A stretch of DNA of 64,000 bases from Octopus sinensis (taxonomy: Eukaryota), in NCBI RefSeq assembly GCF_006345805.1, contig NW_021832120.1, positions 310,001 to 374,000 of the forward strand, given 5' to 3'. How positions within the stretch are numbered: position 1 is the stretch's first letter; each line of letters starts with the position of its first letter. Below, one piece after another: positions 14,590 to 25,530 of this stretch. The notes under the pieces were generated by a model, which had not been told where the DNA came from, searched no databases, and saw only the letters and a program-made list of their open reading frames with translations. A program made the translations under genes and the position numbers.

Positions 14590-15574
14590 AATTCCAAAAA
14601 GACAAAAGTATAGACTAAAAATTGTCTGAATCGTTTGAATTTGATGATGAAAAACAATTTTACTTGAAAAGTGGATTTAGGATGCGATTTTTTACTTCTG
14701 ATCAAGCAGAATTAAAAATTTTAAGTACTTCGTTATTTATGGACTGGGTGAGAATTTTACAATACATGGAGAAGATGGAAATATTATAGAGAATGTGCAT
14801 TTTTCAAGATTAAAAAAACTAAAAACTTGATTTAAAAAAAAATAAAACCTTGATTTAAAAAAAAACTTTAAAAGCTCGTTTTTAAATGTTAGAATGTTAA
14901 TCTCCGGGTTTCAGTTTAGGGTTTGGTGTCTGTTTATGGTTAGGTTAGGGTTAGGTTAGAGTTTGGAATTGGTGACTTTTTAGGGTTAGGGGTTGGTGTT
15001 TGTTTAGGGTTAGGGATTGGTGTTTTTTAGGGTTTTCAGTAGACCTACAGTTTATGTATAATAAATCCATTAAATAAGCATATTTTAAAACAACTTTTTT
15101 TATAGTTGGTTAACTTATTATTCTAAATAAAATCTTGTTAACTAACGTGTCAGAACATTTGATGTGTGTCTTTGTTGTTTTTTAATTTCACCATAATTAT
15201 TTTCAATATTTTTTGTAATATTGAAAATAACTGAATAAATTGAATAACTTCGGACTTAGAAAAAAAAATATGTTGTTTTTTTAGCGAAAAATTGTAAAAT
15301 GAGAAATGCGGTCCGGCAAATGGACGCTGACATTAATTATAAAAAAATGGTTCTAGTAAAATTAACACTTGAAACAATTCAAAAAATTAAGAATTTCAGT
15401 GAATCCGGACTACTAGATGAATGCATCGACTGGAGGGAAAGGGCAAAAATCAAGCGATATGCCGAAAGTTTCACTTTCAAGAATTCCGCAGCCTACATTG
15501 CTAAAAATGGTCGAGAGTTGCGATTCTTTTGTATCGAGGAAGCTGAATTAAAGCTCAAATACATTGAAGTTTGA
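14590..15574 (+). other. Two paralogous degenerate coding fragments of unknown (possibly transposon) origin flanking a TTAGGG-rich tract
   Basis: ~14590-14730 reads KYRLK..SESFEFDDEKQFYLKSGFRMRFFTSDQAELKI. ORF 15299-15574 reads KIKRYAESFTFKNSAAYIAKNGRELRFFCIEEAELKL. Confidence 0.35.
14905..15035 (+). repeat. Degenerate TTAGGG/TTAGG-rich tract
   Basis: About seven exact TTAGGG units mixed with ggtgt(t/c)tgttta-type spacers on a G/T-rich strand. Confidence 0.65.
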
Positions 15575-15975
15575 TATTTCCTGATTTAAATTAGGCTCAA
15601 CACAATTTAAACCACTTTGGACGAGATAAATTATATAGTTTATTGTCACTGACGATTTAATCCAGATAGATTTAATCAGTCAATAAAACGATGGATCTCA
15701 TCCTCTAGTGAATCGAGAGGAAATTTTGGATGCTAAAAGACGTTGTTCGTGATTACAACAATTCTACTCACGATACAACAAAGCAGAGACCCTTCGAAAT
15801 ATTTTTCAATGTGGATCTTTCCAAAAAATACGAAAAAGGAAATTGGAAGCACTATTAGATTTGATGTCAAAATGAAGACGCGGAAATCCATTGGCACCTC
15901 GTGCTATTAAAGAAGTCAGCTTTTTTGATATGCACACTGGAGGACCCTCTTATTATGGTTTTTGCTTATAATTTA

Positions 15976-16457
15976 TTAGTGGCATCCATTACAATCAATG
16001 GAATCCAATTTGAAGGTAGCAAACGCCCAGACGGGTTGTCCACCTTCCCATACTAACAGGGGAAATCCCTTATTTGGGATTCTACCTGTTCGGACACGTT
16101 CTCGCTTGGAAATCTCGCTCTGTCCGGCGCCAATCCTGGGCATGCTTCGAGGCAGGCCGAAGACCGAAAGATTCTCAAGTACGGCCACCTTTCCAACTCG
16201 CTGTTCTTTACTTCAATTGCCGTGGAGTCCTCCGGGATTTTCGGCCCCAAGACACTCCGCTTACTTCGCTCGCTCGGCCGACGGATTTCAAGGACTAGCC
16301 ACGATCCAAGAAAGTATTCTTGGCTCCTGGAACGTCTGTCGATTGCTGTGATCCGAGGGAACGGCTTCGCCATTCGCGAGGCTGGCCGGGTGTCTCGTAA
16401 GGCCTTTAATTAGCTTAGCTATCTTTTCACTTCCTTATTGTTTTGATGTAAAAAAAA
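15976..16457 (+). mobile_element. CRE-like (R2 superclade, REL) retrotransposon 3' fragment
   Basis: KRPDGL..WDSTCSDT..KILKYGHL..IAVESSGIFGP..LSIAVIRGN*, followed by a short A-run near 16450. Confidence 0.8.
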
Positions 16458-16604
16458 TTTGTCCTTAACATTTGAAGGTTGTCGCAGTTAACCTGTGCAA
16501 GTGAATGTGCCCAAATCTTAGAAATAAATGTGCATAGATATTTGAAACACCCCACTTGATAGAGAAACAAACTCTGGAAAAAAATGAATAAATAAGGATG
16601 GACA

Positions 16605-16755
16605 CAAAATAATGACGAATAAGTTCAGAATATGTAAGAAGAACAGATTATAGAAATCAATTCAAAAAATGTTACAAAATAATGACAAATAAGTTCAGAA
16701 TATGTAAGAAGGACAGATTATAGGAATCAATTCAAAAAATGTTACAAAATGATGA
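16605..16755. repeat. 70-bp tandem duplication (~2.15 copies)
   Basis: Unit caaaataatgac(g/a)aataagttcagaatatgtaagaa...aaaaatgtta starts at 16605 and 16675. Confidence 0.9.
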
Positions 16756-16984
16756 TATTTCGGATAATTTGATCATTAAACGAAACTACATCGCGAATTA
16801 TTCCTTCTGAATCCAATTACATGCAAAAATAATAACGACGATATTGTAAAAAAAGCACAACATAAAAATAATCCGTGTACTTCCACGTGGCACAATTTAT
16901 TAGGTTTGCCATGAATAATTAAGATAATTAAACAATAATTAATAAAAAATAAGCTTTATTTTAATTAAAACTATTTTATATTTT

Positions 16985-17040
16985 AAGGACTCGCGGGCCG
17001 CACCTATACATGCAAAGAGCCGCATGTTTGACTCCCCTGC
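16985..17040 (+). mobile_element. Isolated hAT right end
   Basis: cgcgggccgca...gccgcatgtttgactcccctg resembles the TIR of the 28269-29920 element. Confidence 0.65.
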
Positions 17041-17418
17041 CTTAGACGATTTAAATCTTTTATTCATTATGCCGTAAATTTAAGTTTTTTTTTGCTATTA
17101 GAGAGTGATTTTTGTATTTTTGGACAATCTTGTGTATGCTTCGGTGATTGATCACAATACTTTCTATCGGCTCAGGCGATTCTTTTGCAAGAAGTTATGC
17201 CACAACTACATTTTGACCATATAGTAACTAATAGTTACCCAGGGTATCATCAAGCAAAAGAACAAATGGCACATCATGTTATTAAAGAAGCCAGGTTTAT
17301 TAAATTATATAATAAACAAAATTAGTCACTGGAGGAATGAGGTAGTCTTATGTAAAATAAATTTATAATAAAATAAATTGAATAAAAACGTTCTTCAACA
17401 ATGAAATGACTAATTTTA

Positions 17419-17860
17419 CTAAAATCGACGTCCTCTTCCAAAACTTCGATTTCCACCGAATCCTCCCCTTCCACGTGCACCAGAACCACGACCTCTTCCT
17501 CGACTAGCACCTCAAAGTCCTCCGCGGGGAGCACCTCTGCCGCGTGACGACCCCCTTCCCCGTGAATTACTTTCAGGCTGACTAAAGCGAGACATTGGAA
17601 GAAGTTTAGCACAATCAACGTAAAAATTGGTTTGATCTTGAAACGAATCAGGTTTTATTCCATGAGATGTTTTGACTGAGCACATAAAACTATCTATGGG
17701 ACCAAGGACATCATCCAACTACACAATAAAGTCAATAAACAAACGATCAAATTTGCTGCTCATTTTCGTTAAAAATGGGTGCATTAAAGAATGGAACTTG
17801 GTCAAATTCTGAGCAATTAAGAAGCAATAAATCGTCAAAGCTCATTTCTTTCGCTCCCAA
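17419..17860 (-). pseudogene. GAR1: GAR1 (H/ACA snoRNP subunit) unprocessed pseudogene
   Basis: VPFFNAPIFNENEQQI, an intron, DDVLGPIDSFMCSVK..FYVDCAKLLPMSRF and an RGG-rich tail. TGA replaces the conserved G of QIG, a second TGA lies in the RGG tail, and the N-terminal RGG region is absent. Confidence 0.8.
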
Positions 17861-18519
17861 ATTAATTAATTTTAAAATTGAAATGATTATTCTTATTAAT
17901 AATCACGTGATGAATTCATTTAAACGTTAGAGATTTTTACAGTGAACCTATCCCTATCTGGAAATAAAATTCGAATCCAAACTAAATCAATACTAAATGA
18001 ATCAATTAACCAAGTGTGTGTATTGCAGGATTCAAACCCTTCTGGATAAATCTTTATGCATTGTCAGGGCTCTCAATTTGTCCCGATAACTTTCATTTAA
18101 CGACCGGAATGAAGAACAACCACATGACCCCTCAAGCACATCAAGCGTTTTTTCATCTTTTGCCTATGACATGCGAAGTCAATCATTCGACACATCATAC
18201 ACTCCTTCATACACTATTTCCGGAATGTTTTGTTCTTCAATTGAGACCATCGCACAATTCCAATCAAGTTCGACTCGGACTGGTGATCCTCTTCAATAGG
18301 TCAAATGCATTGGCCGAGAAGGTATGCACACTGTGCAAAAAGTGGAAGGGAAGTAGTCAAATCATATATTTTTGATTCGGAAGCCAAGATCTAATTGATG
18401 AGTCGATACAAGTTCGATCCATATTCAGACATTATAAATCCAACTTAGTACCAATTGTGTACCAAGATTCCATATAAATTGGTTAAGAAAGATATTCTGG
18501 TTGCTGTGATTTCAAATTA

Positions 18520-20026
18520 CAGTCCGACCCCAAAATGGGCAGACCCCAGGGGTGGGGCACCCTCGGATTTTGGGCACCCCCGCAATTTGGGGCACTTTAT
18601 TCCAAAAGTACATTTTGGCAGAAAAAAATAAAAATCGATAAAAAATTATGGAATTTTTGGGGCACCCTAAAATCATTTATAAGGAATTAAAAATAAAATA
18701 AAATTATAATAAATTAATTATTTTTTGCGGGATGCCATAAACTTGAAATATTTCAAAGACTACGCGTAGATAAAATTCCGATTTCAGGCCCTATTTTGAA
18801 AAAAATTGCCTTAGTTACAGCTTCAAAAATTGGATTTACTTCTTTTAAAGCTTCCAATGGGTGGCTTGATAGATTTAAATTGCGGCATGAACTTCAATTC
18901 AAGTCAATATGTGGTGAAAAAGCTTCATGTGATTTATCTTATGTGAAAAATTATTTTGAAAAATATGACCAGAAAGTATTAAATATGGACCTGAGAATAT
19001 ATTTAATTGTGATGAAACTGCGCTTTTTATAAAAAGAACTCCTCAAAAATCATTTGTTGAACAAGGCGAACCGTGTTTGGTTTAAACAGGGAAAGAAAGA
19101 CTCACTGTTCTTCTATGCTGCAGTTTAATCGGGGAAAAACTTAATCCATTGATTATTGGAAATATAAAAAACCTCGGTGTCTAAAAAATTTTGATGTTCA
19201 AGATTTTGGGTTATTGTATTCATCTTCTCAAAATGCATGGATGACTGGAAAGACTTTTATGAGTTGGCTTACACTTATAAATGAATCGTTTTGCAAAAAC
19301 AACAGAAAAATATTATTAATACTTGACAATGCGGGATGCCATAAAACTGCCGAATGTTCGAACATCGAATTTTTATTTTTGCCGAAAAATACAACGCCCT
19401 ATTTACAACCTTTGGATATGGGAATAATCAAGATTTTTAAAGATTATTATTCCTCTTTCTTAATGGAATTTTTATGTTTTCAAGATTTCGAAAACGATTT
19501 TACACATTCTATTGGTAAATTAAATTTGCGTCAGGTTATGATGCTAATTTCAAAAGGATGGGAGAAAATAGATGCTAAAAGTATTGTTAATTGTTGGAAG
19601 AAAATCGACAGGAACCGTGATTCTTATGCAACAAAAAACTGTCTAACAGATGAACATTTAGATCAAGTTGTTAACGAAACAATTGATGGAGAATGCGAAG
19701 ACATGAACAATAATGTTTATGATACATATTCAGAAACCGAAAATAGTGAAAATGTCGTAGCAAAAACAAAAGATCTGCTTAACAATTTAGAAGAAAAAAT
19801 TTCTAATGTTGCACCAAGTATGCTCCGAGATTTTTTTGATTTTCGGCGGAAATTGACGAACAATATCAGACAAAACTCTACAAATAAAAAGAAAATAACT
19901 GAATATTTTAGTAAAAATGTTTTTTGATGTTTATTAATGGTTTAATTTTTAAAAAAATAACAAACCCTGTTTTTGGGGCACCCCCGCATTTTGGGGCACT
20001 TGGTGCCCCATTTGGGGGTCGGACTG
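18520..20026 (+). mobile_element. pogo/Tigger DNA transposon with TIRs and TA TSD; transposase frameshifted and 5'-deleted
   Basis: TA|cagtccgacccc ... ggggtcggactg|TA. DDE motifs CDET, LILDNAGCH and LQPLDMGII are present. Confidence 0.92.
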
Positions 20027-20234
20027 TATGTATTGACTTGTCTTCCAAAGGATATAAATGAAATCACGGATATTATTTATGCAGGATAATGTGCATACAA
20101 AAATTTGGTTCTTAAAATAAAATAAGAAGCTCTTGATGGGAAAATATTGAGAAAAAAATTACTACTAAATTCTTCTTGCTAATTTATCCAGTCTGAAATC
20201 CAAAAGTGAAAAGGATACGGCCCTGGACTTTATG

Positions 20235-20745
20235 TGCTCCTTTGGATATAAGAAGTCGAGAAAGGGAGAAATCACCAGAATATGTACGTTAATTGAAGAT
20301 AGAATAAAACCCATCTATTGCCCCTCCTTCGGACAAGGTTCTTAGTCAACTACGTTCAAAACACCCTGCGGCACCGGAAGATCTATCAGAAATTCCTGAG
20401 TTGGTAACTGGTTCCGTTTGTAACGCATATTCCGTCACTATAAAAAGTCTCTTAATCGAACAAATTGGAGGAAATTGCATTTAATGGCTAGAAATATCTG
20501 CTGCTCTCAGTTCAATCCCCTCAGTAGCAGTTGTGGTATTTATGGTATGAAGCCCATCCATCTCAAGGACTTTCTTTCTCCGGTAACTGCTGAGACGGGA
20601 AGACGCCTAATGTTGGCCATCATGTGCATATGTACAAGAATTTTCCCTAGTGAGATCTCTCCTTTCGTACAGGATTTACTTTTCACCGCAACTGGCTGTC
20701 AAAACGCATTCAATTCTATTCAACGAGATCATATATTAAAATAGA
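20235..20745 (+). mobile_element. CRE-like retrotransposon internal fragment
   Basis: VLSQLRSKHPAAPEDL, PIHLKDFL and NAFNSIQRDHIL. It is homologous to the 25531-26294 ORF, and its 5' ~290 bp recur at 22243-22520. Confidence 0.65.
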
Positions 20746-20797
20746 GGAAATGATGGAAGCTGAAGAATTTCTTGATATGTTCAACCATGAGTTAAAT

Positions 20798-22007
20798 CAG
20801 TGATTCTCAAGTGCGGCCCCTGGGGCCGCATGCGGCCCCTAGGATTTAATTTGCGGCCCCTAGGTTTTATAAATGTTTTATTTTTTAATTTAATATTTTA
20901 ATTTTATGAATAAAAAATGTCACGTTTTTTATTTGTTTTTGTGATGTCTGATTCTAAACGTTGTCGAAAACTTTCCGAGGAAAATAGGATTTTTCAACAC
21001 ATCTGGGAAGAAAAATATTTCATTATTGAGATCAATGAAAGGCTCTTTGCCTAATATGCCATTCTATTATTGCAACTCTAAAAACGTATACAATCGAACG
21101 GCACTACCGTTTCCACTCTATTCTTTATGACAAATTCACTGGTGTTTCTCGGACGAAAAAACTATTTCTTTTATTTTTATATTTAGATTTTATCAACTTC
21201 TCCCTGAAATTATTTTATTCACTGAAAATAAAGTGGACAATGCATTATTGAAAGACAATAGATGGGTAGCAGATTTAGCATTTTATGTGGATCTATCGGT
21301 GCATCTGTCTGCCCTAAATGTCGAACTACAAGGGAAAAATAAGCTAAATTATCAAATTTATGGATATATAAATGCCTTCGTTAAGAATTAATTTTATGGA
21401 AAGCGCAGATATCAAATAATGATTACACACATTTTCCTTATTTGTCAGAAAATTCGAAAGTGGCTCAACTGATAAATATTTAAAAATAATTGAAGATTTA
21501 AATTTGCAATTTGATGCAAGATTTCAGGTTTTTAGTATTTAATTTAAGCTGACAGAGCTTTAAAGAAGGTGCAAATTCAATGAGATTATTTGCATCTCCA
21601 TTAATTATGAAAAGTGAGGAGGTTTCCGGGATTTACCAACTGGAATTGATTGATTTGCAAATGATGTTGAACTGAAAAGTTTGTTCAACAACATTTCAAT
21701 AATTGACTTTTATTCGAAATTCCAGAGAACCGATTTCCGAATTTTCATCAATATCAAAGAAAAATTAGCAATGTTTGATCAACATATGTCTGCGAATCGA
21801 CATTTAGTAAACTCGTTCGAATTAAAACAAAGTTTCGCAGCAGATTGACTGATACTCATCTGAGTGATTTGTTACGTACTTCAACAAGTAGAATTAAACC
21901 TAATTTTGATTTTTGGTTAATAAATAATTCTTAAAAATTATTTGCGGCCCCTGTAAATTTTTTTTTTTAATTTGCGGCCCCTGAGCAAAAAAGCTTGAGA
22001 ATCACTG
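20798..22007 (+). mobile_element. Non-autonomous hAT (SPIN/GTF2IRD2-like), internally deleted
   Basis: Perfect 14-bp TIRs (cagtgattctcaag) and a perfect 8-bp TSD agttaaat (20790-97, 22008-15). Transposase remnants include WEEKYF, LQGKNK and TYVCESTFS-like motifs. Confidence 0.93.
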
Positions 22008-22519
22008 AGTTAAATGAAGGAATTGCAGAAGAAAATACGAAAACAAAAGCATATTTAGAAATTAATGATGTTGGTGTAACAGAAAACGGAAATTCACTGT
22101 CAAAGACAGAAATTTCTTTATATGGAAAATGTAAAGAAGAATTTAATTTCCAAAATATGAGAGTTGTATCAATATCAAAAGATTCGAGAAAACCTACCAA
22201 GAAGATTCCATATAAATTGGTTAAGAAAGACATTCTGGTTGCTGTGCTCCTTTGGATATAAGAAGTCAAGAAAGGGAGAAATCACCAGAATATGTACGTT
22301 AATTGAAGATAAAATAAAACCCATCTATTGCACCTCCTTCGGACAAGGTTCTTAGTGCGGCACCGGAAGATCTATCAGAAATTCCTGAGTTGGTCACTGG
22401 TTCCGTTTGTAACGCATATTCCGTCACTATAAAAAGTCTCTTAATCGAATAAATGGGAGGAAATTGCATTTAATGGCTAGAAGTATCTGCTGCTCTCAGT
22501 TCTTTCCCCCTCAGTAGCA

Positions 22520-23250
22520 GTGGGATCATTGAGCGCTTCAACCAAACGATTACGCGCAAAATCTCGAAAATGTTATCTGAGGATAGTACCAAAAAGTGGA
22601 TTAACTGTATTGGAGATGCAGTTATCTGGTATAACCTCTCTACTCATTCTTCTACGGGGTTTAAACTATTCTGTAAAAATAGGTGAAACTCCCTTTATGA
22701 GATTCAGGGGAATTCCAGGATTTAATGCAATAGTTCCAGAATATCCTTTTAGTGAATCAAGAGGTATTTATTTTTGGTCATAATTTAGAAATTGATGAAG
22801 AAATTGATTTAGAAAATGCCGAACATGGACGATTCCAACAATTCGAAGAAGAGTTTAGCAAAATTTGTGCAACCCAAGGTATTAAATAATCGTCAAATTT
22901 TTTGATGAAACAAGTTTAAAAACGTCTAATAACATTGAATCGTCGAAATTTAAAATAAATTTCAGACCAATCAACATCAACTCACCTTATTATCGTAGAA
23001 TGAATAAAAAATGTCTGTTCATCGAAATAAAAATGATTTTAAATTGGGAGATATGGTTTTCTATAAAAATTTATAAATATAGGTCCGAATAAAAAAGGAT
23101 TTTGGAACGAATCCTTCACTAAAATTAAATAAATTTGAAAGTCCATATAATTCTCCGGTTAAAATTGTTCAGATTTTTTCAAATAACTATGCTGAGATTG
23201 AGAAAAAAGATGGCTCAAAAGATAAAATTCAAATTCATCGGCTTAAAAAG
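22520..23250 (+). mobile_element. Gypsy/Ginger-type integrase C-terminal remnant
   Basis: GIIERFNQTITRKISKML..W..AVIWYNLSTHSSTG, GETPFMRFRGIPGFN, FKLGDMVFYKN and a GPY/F-like KFESPYNSPVKIVQ. Confidence 0.65.
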
Positions 23251-24362
23251 AAAATTAATTAATTTTTTGAATTTTTATTAAAAATTTGTTTCAATTTGAG
23301 AGTTAAACACCGATATCGCAGTGTGAAACTTTTTGTAAAAAAGGTAAGAATTTAATAAAAATTCAAGTTCCAGTAGCATAATCATCTTTTTTGTATTTGA
23401 GTTTTTTGTAAAATTTATTAAATGACATAAAAACAGATAATAGATAATAAAATTAAAAATAATTACAATATTAAATTTATAAGCTAATTTTAACCTAATA
23501 TTATATTTTATTATTTCAGTATAAAAGTTTTGGCAGAATTTTTTCATCTGGTGCTGATCTTTTGTATAATTATATAAACCCATATGGTTATCAATCATTA
23601 TTTATTAGCGAATCAATAATTGTCGCTCAGGGCGTAGGGCGCGTTGTGCATGTGACATAATTGTATTTGAAAAAAATGGAGAAATGATATCTCTGTGTTT
23701 AAAATTAGGGACAGGCTTGCCAGAAAAGCTAGAACCAACACCATTAAAGAAACTCGTTAGCGTTCTTTTAATGAGGATTAGAATAGAACTATAAAAATAA
23801 ACTATAAAATACTAAAAATGATCAATATAGTGTAAAAGAAAATAAATTTAATCGAAAAAAATCCATATGAAACAAGATTAATTAATTGATGAAATAAATA
23901 CAAATTTTCTTGCAAAATAAATCTTATTCAAGATATTTTACAAATGGCCAATTTAATTAATCTTCAAACATATAAAAACGGTAATATTATAAAAATAAAA
24001 TATTGATAGGATGAAATAATAAAATAAGAATTAACAAACAGAAATGCACACCACAAGAAAAGAATATAACGTGCTTAACACGTGAATAATTTTTTTGTAT
24101 TTAAATCTATAAATTAAGAAAATTAAAAAATAAATAACATTTAATATTTTAGGTTTGTTTAAACTTCGCTAGAAACGTAGATTCAGCCGTTTCACATTAG
24201 TGAGTACCTCCGCTGTACAAACATACTAATAATGGGCACACATTCATTTATTCAGAACTCTTTTTGACCAAATTTATTGATGTTCTGACGGAAAGTTAGA
24301 CAATATAAATCAAATATCTTTTTATTCTGATTTTCTATAATAACTTATTTAACCTTGTTTTT

Positions 24363-24700
24363 TTTTTTTTTGTAAACGAAAACAGAGAGAAAAGAGAGTT
24401 AACAAGAGGACTTCCCCGCCTCGTAGATGGAGAAACAGTTTCCACGTACAATGGCAAGGGAAATCCTCTGAAGGAGCCATCCACACTCACGCGTGTCGTT
24501 TCTCTTGCGAGAATCAGACGACCCAGCTTTTTGAGGAAAATGAGTGACCTGTCACCGATTACGCCAGAGGTCTCCACGGCGATCGGGGTAAACAGATAGC
24601 GTTCCGAGAGATTGGTGTACTTTGAAATCTTTAATTCTTCTGCTCTGCGAGAAGCAGAGCCAGCTGCGACAGCTGAAGGAGGAACGACAGCGACAGCGAC
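24363..24700 (-). mobile_element. 5'-truncated CRE-like REL insertion with poly(A) tail and 20-bp TSD
   Basis: TSD acttatttaaccttgttttt at 24343-62 and 24701-20, with a poly-T run at the left end. The protein reads AEELKISKY..VETSGVIG..FLKKLGRL. Confidence 0.88.
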
Positions 24701-24849
24701 ACTTATTTAACCTTGTTTTTAAATTTGAGATCAATCAACAATGAATTAATTAAATACTAAATAATTAAAAAAACAATAAAAACATTAATTATTAATTCGA
24801 GCCTATTATATGCATTCTATATTTCCGAGAAAATACTATATCCCGTCTC

Positions 24850-25520
24850 AAATAACATACTCAACTAATCATCTGCCATGTAGCAGAATGCTGAACAGTG
24901 GTTATACCAGAAGACATAATGAAGTTATAAGATGCATCCATTTGCATCTCTGCCACCAATATGGAATCAGGAAAACCAAAAGGTTAAAGTCACACACAGT
25001 CCAATCGGTTAGCTCAAATCATAAAGTGGAAATAAGAGTGGACACCACCTTGCAGACAGATGTTCATGTAAAAAATAATAGACCAGATATCTTTCTCCTT
25101 GATAAAACAAAAAACGAAATCACTCTAATTGAAGTCGGAAATACTTCCCACGCCATGTTAAAGCAAGTGGAAGTAGAAAAACTACATAAATATGATCTTC
25201 TTGCTGGAGAATTATCTCAAATCCACGGTGCGAAAGTAACGATAATCCCCATTGTCCTCACATGTGACGAGATAGTTTCTTAATTCTATAAGTCTTATAT
25301 GGAAAGACTGAAGTTGGATGCTTCCACTAGATCGTATATACAATCGCTGACGATTAAAAAGACATTGGAGACCATGCTTGTTGAACATAAACATGGAGTG
25401 GAAATTGAAAAACATGAGGAACAAGTTTCGAGGGCCACCAACCACCTCCTAAAATTGGCTAGAGAAACAACAGATCCACCAGATTTGCCGGAAGATGTGT
25501 CTCATGTGTCATATGAAGTG
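24850..25520 (+). mobile_element. NeSL/R4-like retrotransposon C-terminal fragment
   Basis: C..M....YTRRHNEVIRCIHLHLC, REL motif NRPDI..LIEVG, IIPIVLT and YIQSLTIKKTLE. Confidence 0.75.
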
Positions 25521-25530
25521 TTAGAGAATG

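Noticed and set aside
16605-16755. 70-bp repeat as a CRISPR-like array
   Set aside because: It is two adjacent copies with no unique spacers and no cas genes, in a eukaryotic context.
18016-18450. ORF 18016-18375 and a GTPase-like TIGTKLDL word on the opposite strand
   Set aside because: No other GTPase motifs are present and there are many stops.
23278-23598. 106-aa AT-rich ORF
   Set aside because: Its composition mirrors the AT-rich background, with no motif or paralogue.
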